Assembly: GCA_944381355.1 (NCBI GenBank)
Contig: CALWKV010000052.1
Span: forward strand, 1-63,960
Length of the DNA: 63,960 bases
Origin: an uncultured Christensenellaceae bacterium
GTDB taxonomy: Bacteria; Bacillota; Clostridia; Christensenellales; UBA3700
Reading direction: 5' to 3'
Below are positions 55,777 to 63,960 of the stretch, piece by piece. The position numbers and the translations under genes were made by a program. Position 1 is the first letter of the stretch; each line of letters starts with the position of its first letter. Below the pieces are notes generated by a model. It did no database searches. It saw only the letters and a list, made by a program, of their open reading frames with translations, and was not told the DNA's origin.

Positions 55777-58056
55777 ATGGATGAAAAGAAAATATCTTCA
55801 ATACTGACGAAAGAACTCGCGATAGATGCTCTGGTCGCTGACCTGCTTGTTGCCAGAGGGATAGACGACGTAGAAAAAGCCCGCGCTTTTCTCAACCCGT
55901 CTCTTTCTTCGCTCACGCCTCTCGACGAATATTCCGGCATAGACGAGATTGCCGACAGGTTGAAAAGAGCGATGTCCGACGGAGAGAGCATAGTTATATA
56001 CGGCGATTATGACTGTGACGGCGTATGTGCGGTCTCGATACTTTACGCTTATCTTTCCGAACACAGCAAGGGTAAAGTCGGTTACTTTATTCCCAACCGT
56101 CACAGCGACGGTTACGGCATAAGCGTTTCCGCTCTGGACAATATCGCCGAAAATACCGACGCGCAGGTAGTGATAAGCGTAGATTGCGGCATCAATTCCG
56201 TGCAGGAAGTCGATTATGCTCAGGACGAACTGGGACTGGACATGCTGATCACAGACCATCATCAGCCCGGAGACAAACTTCCCGATTGTCCCGTATTCAA
56301 TCCGCACGCGTGCGCAAAAACGGATACAGCGTTCCGCGATCTGTGCGGTGCGGGAGTCGCCTTGAGACTTGTAGAAGCGCTTGCGGGCGTTGACGAAAGC
56401 AAAAAATATTACGATATCGCCGCGCTGGCTACTGTCGCTGACGTTGTGCCGTTGCTTCGCGATAACAGGGTGATAACTTATTACGGCCTTATCAGCATAA
56501 ACAAGCGTTACAGGAGAGGGGTATCCCTGCTTGTCGACAGTTGTATGAAGTACCCCGTTACCTCGTCCGATATTGCTTTTAAACTGGCGCCGAGGATAAA
56601 TGCGATGGGCAGGGTAAAGGACGCGAATGAAGTCGTCGAGCTTTTCGTGGAAAACGATATGTTTCTGCTCAAATGCCTTGTTGAAGATATAAACAAGGCA
56701 AACGACGCGCGACAGCAACTGACGGACGATCTGACCGAGGACTGCTTGTCAAAGCTGAAAGACTACGATTTTGAAAACGATCCTTTCATTATACTTTACG
56801 CGCCCTATTGGGACGACGGAGTGCTGGGCATTACGGCTTCGCGGATCGCAGGGATGTTTTCTCGCCCGGTCTTGCTGTTTACGAAGAACAAAGGAGTGCT
56901 CAAAGGCTCTGGAAGAAGCGTCGCAGGAGTGAATATACTCGAATGCGTAAAACACGCCTCGTGTTATCTGACGCGTTTCGGAGGGCATCCTATGGCATGC
57001 GGTCTGGGGCTTGAGGAGAGCAATTTCGAGGACTTTCGCACCGCGGTCAATGCATACGCCAAGGAAGTTTACGGCGATATTTCCGCAAAAGCGGAGAGAA
57101 AATGCGACTGCGTGTTGACAAAGCCTTTAGATGTGTCGGTTACAAAACAGCTTATGTATCTTCAGCCTTTCGGAGAAGGCAATCCTGCGCCTGTGTTTGC
57201 GATCGACGAGCGCAAAAGTTCTTTTGTTCCGTTCGGAGACGGCACTCATCTCAAGGCGCGCATCAAGAATATGGAAGTGCTCGCGTTCGGAATGTACGAG
57301 GACAGAGAATATCTCAACAGCGATGCCGAAAAGCGTCTGTATCTCGACATATCATACAGCGTTTTCAACAATACGGAGCGCACTCAGGCAGTTGTAAGAA
57401 GCGTACTGCCGGGAGGTCTGCCGGACGACGACGTATGTTTTGAATACAATCTGAGAAGGGGGGCGGCGAGACCCGAGGTCGGGGACGCAAAAATACGCGA
57501 TATATCTTTTGAAGAAGCAAAAAGGCTTGCGGAGCGGTCATACGGAACGGCGTTCGTTGCGTTCGACAAACAGACCGCGGAAAAGGCTGCGGCTCAGTTC
57601 TCTCTGGGCGTTGCATACGGCAAAGGAGAGGGCAAGCTGCCTGTCACGCAGGTGCTGTTGTGTCCGACGAGCGGTGCGACGGCTTTCTATTCTGACGTCG
57701 TGCTTCTTGAAATGCCTCTCAACGGCAGCGCGGAGTTCGCAAGAAATGGCGAAGTCGCGCTTTTCGGGAGCGGCGCACTGGCAGACTCGTACCGAGAGCA
57801 CGCGCCCGTATATGAAGAATTGGGCGCCGTATACCGCGCGGTAAGGAAACGTACGGGAAGCGGTCGGTATACCGACGTAAACGCGCTGTATGCCGACGTA
57901 GCGTCCGATACCGATGTGGAAAAACACAAATTCCTGATATGCATTTATGTGTTTAGGGAGCTGAAGCTGCTGACGCTTATCCCCGATATCAGGTGCGTCC
58001 ACGGCGTAAAGGCGGATCTGACCGCAAGTACGCTTTACAAGGCGGTCTGCGGCTGA
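55777..58056 (+). CDS. recJ: single-stranded-DNA-specific exonuclease RecJ
   Basis: DHH motifs (IYGDYDCDGV, ISVDCG, ITDHH) and a DHHA1 region. ATG at 55777 chosen (MDEKKISSIL...). Confidence 0.9.
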   Translation: MDEKKISSILTKELAIDALVADLLVARGIDDVEKARAFLNPSLSSLTPLDEYSGIDEIADRLKRAMSDGESIVIYGDYDCDGVCAVSILYAYLSEHSKGKVGYFIPNRHSDGYGISVSALDNIAENTDAQVVISVDCGINSVQEVDYAQDELGLDMLITDHHQPGDKLPDCPVFNPHACAKTDTAFRDLCGAGVALRLVEALAGVDESKKYYDIAALATVADVVPLLRDNRVITYYGLISINKRYRRGVSLLVDSCMKYPVTSSDIAFKLAPRINAMGRVKDANEVVELFVENDMFLLKCLVEDINKANDARQQLTDDLTEDCLSKLKDYDFENDPFIILYAPYWDDGVLGITASRIAGMFSRPVLLFTKNKGVLKGSGRSVAGVNILECVKHASCYLTRFGGHPMACGLGLEESNFEDFRTAVNAYAKEVYGDISAKAERKCDCVLTKPLDVSVTKQLMYLQPFGEGNPAPVFAIDERKSSFVPFGDGTHLKARIKNMEVLAFGMYEDREYLNSDAEKRLYLDISYSVFNNTERTQAVVRSVLPGGLPDDDVCFEYNLRRGAARPEVGDAKIRDISFEEAKRLAERSYGTAFVAFDKQTAEKAAAQFSLGVAYGKGEGKLPVTQVLLCPTSGATAFYSDVVLLEMPLNGSAEFARNGEVALFGSGALADSYREHAPVYEELGAVYRAVRKRTGSGRYTDVNALYADVASDTDVEKHKFLICIYVFRELKLLTLIPDIRCVHGVKADLTASTLYKAVCG

Positions 58057-58160
58057 AGAAATTGCGTCAAAACCGGTATTTTGTTTATTTTGGGTATTGA
58101 TACCCTGCAAAAACGTGGTATTATATAAGTAAAGAAGCGCGCAAGCGGCATAAATAAGGT

Positions 58161-60326
58161 ATGGCAATGATTGAAGATTTTCTCACACAGATCGAAAATA
58201 CCTATTCGGACGCGAGCTATCAGAGGATAGTGCGTGCGTATTACTTTGCAAAATCCGCGCACAAAGGACAACTGAGGCACTCGGGAGAGGAATACTTTAT
58301 TCACCCCGTATCCGTTGCAACTATTCTCGTAGAACTCGGACTGGACTGCGACACGATAATCGCCGCGCTTCTGCACGACGTTGTAGAAGATACGGGGGTT
58401 ACCGAGGAGGAGATCGAGACTGAATTCGGTCACAGCGTCGTAATGCTTGTCGACGGAGTGACCAAGCTGAGCAAACTCAACTTCAAATCCCGTGAGGAAG
58501 CGCAGGCGGAAAACCTGAGGCGAATGTTCCTCGCGATGAGCAACGACATCAGGGTCATAATCATCAAGCTTGCGGACAGGCTTCACAATATGCGCACGCT
58601 GTCCTACCGCAAGGAGGAGGACAGGATAAGGGTCGCCAAGGAGACGCTCGAGATCTACGCGCCTATAGCTGCACGTCTCGGTATCGCAAGCGTAAAAGGA
58701 GAACTTGAGGATCTGTGCCTCAGATATCTGCATCCTGACGACTATTACGATATAGCCGAAAAGGTCGCGTCAACCAAGGTCGAAAGGCAGAAGCTCGTAG
58801 AATCCATTACCGCAGACCTTCGCAAGATGCTTGACGAACTGGGTATAAAAGGCGATATAAACGGGCGTCCGAAGCATTTTTACAGCATATGGCGCAAGAT
58901 GAAAAAGGGCAAGAGCTTTGAGGAGATCTACGATCTCACCGCCGTCAGAATCATCGTTGATACGGTCAAGGATTGTTACGCGGTGCTCGGTGCGATACAT
59001 ACTATGTGGAAGCCGCTTCCCGGCAGATTCAAGGATTATATTTCAGTGCCGAAAACCAATATGTATCAGTCGCTTCACACGACGGTGCTGTCCAGTTACG
59101 GTTCGCCGTTCGAGATACAGATTAGAACGCATGAAATGCACCGCGTTGCAGAATACGGTATCGCCGCGCACTGGAAGTATAAACAGGGCGTTGCAGGCGG
59201 CAGCTCATCTATAGACGACAATAAACTCGCGTGGATAAGAAGCGTTATGGAGTTGCAGAACGACGTCAGCGATTCGCGCGAATATCTGGATATGCTCAAG
59301 CTCGACCTTTACGTCGATCAGGTTTTCGTATTCACTCCCAAGGGCGAGGTGATAAATCTCCCTGCAGGCGCGACAGGTATAGACTTTGCATATGCAATAC
59401 ATTCGCAGGTCGGCAACAAGTGCGTAGGCATCAAAATAAACTCCAAAATGGTGCCCGTGGATACGGTACTGACCAACGGAGACGTCGTTGAAGTCGTCAC
59501 GTCCAATACTGCTAAAGGACCGTCCAGAGACTGGCTTAAATTCGTCAAAACGCCGTCGGCAAAGAGCAAAATAAAAAGCTTTTTCAAAAAAGAACTGCGA
59601 GACGAAAACGTCAAGCGCGGCAAAGATATGCTGGAGCGCGAGGCAAAGCACAAGAATTATCAGCTTTCGGATCTTGTGGCGCTTTCTTCGTGGCGCGACT
59701 ATATAAAACAGAAATACAACATATCCGATCCCGACGAGATATTCGGCATGGTCGGTTACGGCGAGCTTACTACCAATCAGGTGCTTACCAAAATGATCGA
59801 GTTCTACAAGGTGGAAGAATGCAAGAAAGAACCCGTCATCGAGGTCAAGCCTTCAACGGCGCGCAAACGCAAGAACGACAGCGGCATTATCGTCAAAGGC
59901 TTCGACGATCTGAAAATACGCTTTTCACATTGCTGTACGCCTGTGCCCGGCGACGAGATCATCGGATATATTTCGAGAAGCCGCGGCGTTACTATACACA
60001 GGGCGGATTGCCCCAACGTGAAGTATCTTGAACCCGAACGCCTGATAGAGGCGGTATGGCCTGCGCAGAGCGCTGCCGGAGACAAGTTTGTTTCATCGCT
60101 CGGCATAACCGCAGAAGACAGGACGGGACTGGTCATAGAAGTCGCAACGCTGATAAACAATATGAAGGTTACGATGACAAATATCAATGCACGTGCCGAA
60201 AAGAACGGTACGGCGGTGATAACTGTCACGGTCGAGATAGGCAACGTTTCGGATCTCGAAAACCTTATAAACAAGATCGGGCAACTTAAGGGGGTTACGT
60301 CGGTTTCGAGAACGAACAACGTTTGA
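58161..60326 (+). CDS. relA: bifunctional (p)ppGpp synthetase/hydrolase, RelA/SpoT (Rel) family
   Basis: HD domain (HPVSVA...LHDVVEDT), synthetase domain (YSIWRKM, YQSLHTTV), TGS and C-terminal ACT regions. Confidence 0.95.
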   Translation: MAMIEDFLTQIENTYSDASYQRIVRAYYFAKSAHKGQLRHSGEEYFIHPVSVATILVELGLDCDTIIAALLHDVVEDTGVTEEEIETEFGHSVVMLVDGVTKLSKLNFKSREEAQAENLRRMFLAMSNDIRVIIIKLADRLHNMRTLSYRKEEDRIRVAKETLEIYAPIAARLGIASVKGELEDLCLRYLHPDDYYDIAEKVASTKVERQKLVESITADLRKMLDELGIKGDINGRPKHFYSIWRKMKKGKSFEEIYDLTAVRIIVDTVKDCYAVLGAIHTMWKPLPGRFKDYISVPKTNMYQSLHTTVLSSYGSPFEIQIRTHEMHRVAEYGIAAHWKYKQGVAGGSSSIDDNKLAWIRSVMELQNDVSDSREYLDMLKLDLYVDQVFVFTPKGEVINLPAGATGIDFAYAIHSQVGNKCVGIKINSKMVPVDTVLTNGDVVEVVTSNTAKGPSRDWLKFVKTPSAKSKIKSFFKKELRDENVKRGKDMLEREAKHKNYQLSDLVALSSWRDYIKQKYNISDPDEIFGMVGYGELTTNQVLTKMIEFYKVEECKKEPVIEVKPSTARKRKNDSGIIVKGFDDLKIRFSHCCTPVPGDEIIGYISRSRGVTIHRADCPNVKYLEPERLIEAVWPAQSAAGDKFVSSLGITAEDRTGLVIEVATLINNMKVTMTNINARAEKNGTAVITVTVEIGNVSDLENLINKIGQLKGVTSVSRTNNV

Positions 60327-60358
60327 CGGAAATTCCTTCTTATGTGACGGCAGAGCTA

Positions 60359-60383
60359 GCGGCGGTCATCCGCCGCAGTTTTA
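60359..60383 (+). terminator. weak candidate terminator after relA
   Basis: GCGGCGG-TCAT-CCGCCGC followed by AGTTTTA (short T run). Confidence 0.4.
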
Positions 60384-60630
60384 TGTTGCGGCGTGCCGAA
60401 AATATTATATGTATAAAATCTGTCGGGGCGAATGTTTTCAGCCTTTTGACGGGTGCATGTATTTGCGTGCTTGTGCGGTGAAAGTACAAACCGCAAGCTA
60501 TCGCATAATTCGACAAATAAGGCTTTGCGGATAAAATACGGCAAAAAAGATCGGCGACCCTTGCAATTCCGACTATGCAAAGCCTGAATGGAAACAGAAA
60601 CTGTTTAAGAAAAATAAAAGAGAGGTAAAA

Positions 60631-61068
60631 ATGAGAGCGGTAATTCAGAGAGTGAACAATGCGACGCTGACCGTGAACGGCGAGAAGATATCGTCGATAG
60701 GCGAGGGATTCCTCGTGCTTGTCGGTTACACGGACGGCGACGACGAAAAGAAGATAGACTACGTGGTGGACAGAATTGTCGGCATGAGAATATTCCGTGA
60801 CGAAAACGGCAAGCTCAACAAGACGCTTAAAGATATCGGCGGAGAAGTGATGTGCGTGTCCAATTTCACGCTGTACGGCAATGCGGCGACGGGCAGGAGA
60901 CCCGATTTTTCCAAATCGGCACACTTTGCGGTCGCAAAACCTATGTACGACTACACTTTGAAACAGTTTGAAAAATTGCTCGGCAAGGTTGCAAGCGGAG
61001 TTTTCGGCGAGCATATGCACATAGATATGTCCAACGACGGACCTGTCACTATGATAATCGAAAAGTGA
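60631..61068 (+). CDS. dtd: D-aminoacyl-tRNA deacylase
   Basis: MRAVIQRV start, SNFTLYG (SQFTL-type) and GPVT motifs, 145 aa. Confidence 0.9.
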   Translation: MRAVIQRVNNATLTVNGEKISSIGEGFLVLVGYTDGDDEKKIDYVVDRIVGMRIFRDENGKLNKTLKDIGGEVMCVSNFTLYGNAATGRRPDFSKSAHFAVAKPMYDYTLKQFEKLLGKVASGVFGEHMHIDMSNDGPVTMIIEK

Positions 61069-61075
61069 GGTTGAT

Positions 61076-61687
61076 ATGAAGATAAAGAAAATTTCACTGG
61101 TCACCAACTGTTATCTCGTCTACGATGAAAAAACTAAAGAAGGATTTTTGGTCGACTGCTACAATGCGACGTTCTGCATGAGAGCCGCAGAGGAGGAAGT
61201 GGTAAAAATCAAGGCAATACTCGTAACGCACGGTCACTACGATCACATTACGGGAGTCGCCGCATTGAAAGAGAAAACGGGCGCAAAAATTTATATGCAC
61301 GATTCGGATATAGAAAAGATAGCCGACAGCATGAAAAATTTCGGTTGGCTGTCCGGTGTGACGGTTGTTCCTTTTGACGTCGACGTGGCGCTTAAGGGAG
61401 GGGAAGTCTTCGATTTATGCGGCATCGAGGTGCGTGTTATCCATACCCCCGGGCACAGCGAGGGAAGCGTCTGTTACGTTGTCGGCGATACGATATTCTG
61501 CGGCGATCTTCTGTTCAGAAATTCATACGGTCGCTACGACAATTACGACGGCAGTTTTGAAAAACTAAAGAAAAGCGCAGAGTCGCTGTTTGCGCTCGAG
61601 GGCGATTACCGTGTTCTTCCGGGACACGACAGGGAGACGACGCTTGATTACGAGAGGAAGCACAATCCCGTGCTTGAGGAAATATGA
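61076..61687 (+). CDS. MBL fold metallo-hydrolase
   Basis: THGHYDH metal-binding motif, later HTPGHS. 203 aa. Confidence 0.8.
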   Translation: MKIKKISLVTNCYLVYDEKTKEGFLVDCYNATFCMRAAEEEVVKIKAILVTHGHYDHITGVAALKEKTGAKIYMHDSDIEKIADSMKNFGWLSGVTVVPFDVDVALKGGEVFDLCGIEVRVIHTPGHSEGSVCYVVGDTIFCGDLLFRNSYGRYDNYDGSFEKLKKSAESLFALEGDYRVLPGHDRETTLDYERKHNPVLEEI

Positions 61688-63117
61688 TAGGAATAAGGTT
61701 TGAAACCAACGCAGAAAAGTACTATGCCGACTATATGGAAGTGGTCAGAGAGTTTGAGCCTCACCTCGTTGACAAGGAGGGAGGAGAGAGACTTTTTCTG
61801 CAACTTGAATCGGACGGCGAACAAGTAAAAGTTATAATATCAAGCGCATTACTGCCGTCAAACTATTATGAAATAAGTCAAAAAATAGATATATCCAGAA
61901 GTGAACTGGCTAAAATAGCGCAAATCAAGCGATTTTCCAAGGTTGTGCTGTACGACGCACTGAAAAAGATCTCGGGAGTCGATCTGCCTTACGGCTCGCT
62001 TACGGGGATACGTCCGACAAAACTTTATCACGACCTTTTGTCTCAGGGAAAGGACGCGCAAAAAGAGTTTGAAGAAGATCTTCGCGTCAGCGCATCCAAG
62101 ACGAAACTTATCGGAGATATAGTGAAGAATCAATCGTCCGTCTATCTGAAAGAGGAAGGCGTTGCCGACGTGTTTGTCAATATCCCGATATGCCCTACAA
62201 GGTGCGTTTACTGTTCTTTCATCTCGGCGGAATTTTCCAAGATAAAAAAGCAGGTGCCCGCATACTGCGATCTGCTGACTAAAGAACTCGAGGACTGTAA
62301 AAAACTGATTGCCGAGACAGGTTATAAGATAAGAAGCGTATACGTAGGAGGAGGCACTCCCACGTGTATATCCGACGACGATTTTCTCAGGATACTTTCG
62401 CTTTGCGACTTCGGTCAATCAGAGTTTACCGTGGAAGCTGGCAGACCCGACACTATCACTGAAAATAAGTTAAAAATTATGGACGAAACGGGAGTGACGC
62501 GCATTTCTATCAATCCGCAGTCGTTCAATCAGTCCACGCTTGACGTCATCGGCAGGAGACATTCGGTCGACGACGTATACCGCGCTTACGAATGCGCGAG
62601 GAAATATTCTTTCGATATCAATACCGATCTCATTGCGATGCTTCCGGGGGAGGGCTTCGACGAGTTTGCTCATTCGGTAGACTGCGCCGTGGCTATGCGA
62701 CCCGAAAATATCACGGTGCATACCCTCGCTCTGAAAAAAGGCTCTGTACTCAAGGTAGGAGGCTACGACAACACGTCGGACGAACTCGCGGCAAAAATGG
62801 TGGATTACGCGAGAGAAGCGGTGCAAAAAGCGGGTTATTCTCCCTATTATATGTACCGTCAGAAGTATGTCAGCGGCAATCTCGAAAACGTCGGATACGC
62901 CTTGCAGGGCAAATACTGTCTCTACAACGTCGACATAATGGAGGAGACTACTACGATAATCGCAAACGGTGCGGGCGGTATATCGAAAAAGCTCGATCTG
63001 TCGCGCAATCTGCTCGAAAGATGCGCCAATCCCAAAGGTCTCGACGTCTATCTCGCCAGGGGGAGTGAAGTTTTTGATAAAAAACGCGCCTTCTTTACGC
63101 AGGGCGCAAATGACTGA
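61684..63117 (+). CDS. hemZ: coproporphyrinogen dehydrogenase HemZ-like radical SAM protein
   Basis: CPTRCVYCSF radical SAM motif, HemN-like core with the N-terminal extension typical of HemZ. The relA-dtd-MBL-hemZ order is common in Clostridia. Confidence 0.7.
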   Translation: MIGIRFETNAEKYYADYMEVVREFEPHLVDKEGGERLFLQLESDGEQVKVIISSALLPSNYYEISQKIDISRSELAKIAQIKRFSKVVLYDALKKISGVDLPYGSLTGIRPTKLYHDLLSQGKDAQKEFEEDLRVSASKTKLIGDIVKNQSSVYLKEEGVADVFVNIPICPTRCVYCSFISAEFSKIKKQVPAYCDLLTKELEDCKKLIAETGYKIRSVYVGGGTPTCISDDDFLRILSLCDFGQSEFTVEAGRPDTITENKLKIMDETGVTRISINPQSFNQSTLDVIGRRHSVDDVYRAYECARKYSFDINTDLIAMLPGEGFDEFAHSVDCAVAMRPENITVHTLALKKGSVLKVGGYDNTSDELAAKMVDYAREAVQKAGYSPYYMYRQKYVSGNLENVGYALQGKYCLYNVDIMEETTTIIANGAGGISKKLDLSRNLLERCANPKGLDVYLARGSEVFDKKRAFFTQGAND

Positions 63118-63377
63118 TACGTCGCACCTCGTCTGCTGTCAGATTGCAATGATTGAGACTCCGGCTTTTATTGTCTTGCAAATAAAGCGCGAAAAGCTGC
63201 ATTTTTGCCGTCTCGGGCTTGTTTAGGATACTAAAAGTCCGCCCGTATCGGCTTGCAGGAATTGAAATTACGAAGCGTATTTGTCCACCGGCGACAGGCG
63301 GGAAATCGATATATTTATGCGTGTCCCCGCAGTTGGTAACGCTTAAGAAAAAACTTTTCTTATGCGCCGCATTTTGG

Positions 63378-63406
63378 TTGATTAATAATTTTTTTTATGT
63401 TAATAT
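63378..63406 (+). promoter_or_regulatory. candidate promoter TTGATT-17 nt-TAATAT (with TGn) for rpsO
   Basis: Hexamers at 63378 and 63401, about 90 nt upstream of rpsO. Confidence 0.45.
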
Positions 63407-63495
63407 ACTAACTGTACCTCGACCGGGATAGACAAAAACTCCGATGTTTTTCTCAGTCGCAGGCAAATTAATTTTCCAACGAAGGAGGCAAAACA

Positions 63496-63762
63496 ATGGA
63501 AAAGAATCTTACCAAAGAGCAGATCATTGCTCAGTACGCACAGCACGAAGGAGACACCGGTTCTCCCGAAGTTCAAATCGCTCTTCTCACCGCGAGAATA
63601 GAACAGCTCAACGAGCACTTCGCGGTACACAAGAAGGACTTTCACAGCATGAGAGGTCTCAAGCAGATGGTCGGCAAGCGCCGCAACATGCTCGCATACC
63701 TCAAGAACAGCGATATCGAGCGTTACCGCGCGCTTATCGCCAAGCTGGGTCTCAGAAAGTAA
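63496..63762 (+). CDS. rpsO: 30S ribosomal protein S15
   Basis: 88 aa with [17 protein letters not shown]...HKKD.HS.RGL motifs. AGGAGG RBS. Confidence 0.95.
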   Translation: MEKNLTKEQIIAQYAQHEGDTGSPEVQIALLTARIEQLNEHFAVHKKDFHSMRGLKQMVGKRRNMLAYLKNSDIERYRALIAKLGLRK

Positions 63763-63767
63763 AAGGC

Positions 63768-63800
63768 AACGGGGGTGTCGGTTTCGGCAACCCCGTTTTT
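63768..63800 (+). terminator. intrinsic terminator/attenuator between rpsO and pnp
   Basis: AACGGGG ... CCCCGTT stem followed by TTTTCT. Confidence 0.6.
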
Positions 63801-63888
63801 CTGTGCGAAAGCCGTCCGCGGGCTATAAACGCGGCAATTCTTTGATAAAAAATAAAGGTATATACAACGTACTAATTGGAGGTTAGTA

Positions 63889-63960
63889 ATGGAAAGAAAG
63901 ATTTTTTCCACTCAGATCGGCGGCAGAGAAGTGACCGTCGAAACGGGCGCGTATTGCGGA
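63889..63960 (+). CDS. pnp: polyribonucleotide nucleotidyltransferase (5' partial, runs off the window)
   Basis: MERKIFSTQIGGREVTVETGAYCG is a typical PNPase N-terminus. GGAGG RBS. Canonical rpsO-pnp order. Confidence 0.8.
   Translation, partial: MERKIFSTQIGGREVTVETGAYCG

Noticed and set aside
60327-60630. Possible sRNA or regulatory element in the 300-nt relA-dtd spacer
   Set aside because: There is only a weak terminator-like hairpin, with no clear promoter, repeat or conserved-looking structure. Nothing here can be supported from sequence alone.

Overview
The window looks like a Firmicutes/Clostridia-type chromosome segment. Almost all genes are on the + strand, they are tightly packed, and a SCIFF ranthipeptide locus is present. 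All calls come from reading the supplied translations and the DNA by eye; no database search was run. Most of the window is housekeeping: yebC-proA-ruvC, ileS, a ParE/ParC-like topoisomerase pair, polA-coaE, and the conserved block ruvA-ruvB-queA-tgt-yajC-(SCIFF locus)-secD-secF-recJ-relA-dtd-MBL-hemZ-rpsO-pnp. The main accessory feature spans about 20.27-33.15 kb, between an RluA-family gene and murG. It starts with 1.3 kb of gene-free, AT-rich DNA carrying several same-orientation repeat arrays and a perfect Firmicute LexA (Cheo) box. An intact-looking 11.6 kb phage-like cassette follows: HTH regulator, TerL, portal, scaffold-like protein, capsid, unknown structural proteins and two holin-like proteins. 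I cannot see an integrase, repressor, replication genes, tape measure, tail fibre or endolysin, so this may be a domesticated, SOS-controlled particle or GTA-like system, or an unusual satellite. Other points of interest are: a SCIFF precursor (57 aa) missing from the ORF track; an orphan MalK-like ABC ATPase with its catalytic residues substituted; a consensus promoter plus terminator unit ahead of a TM1266-like/ABC-transporter operon; and a 0.57 kb degenerate repeat field between queA and tgt. Many long ORFs antisense to real genes are artefacts and were rejected.
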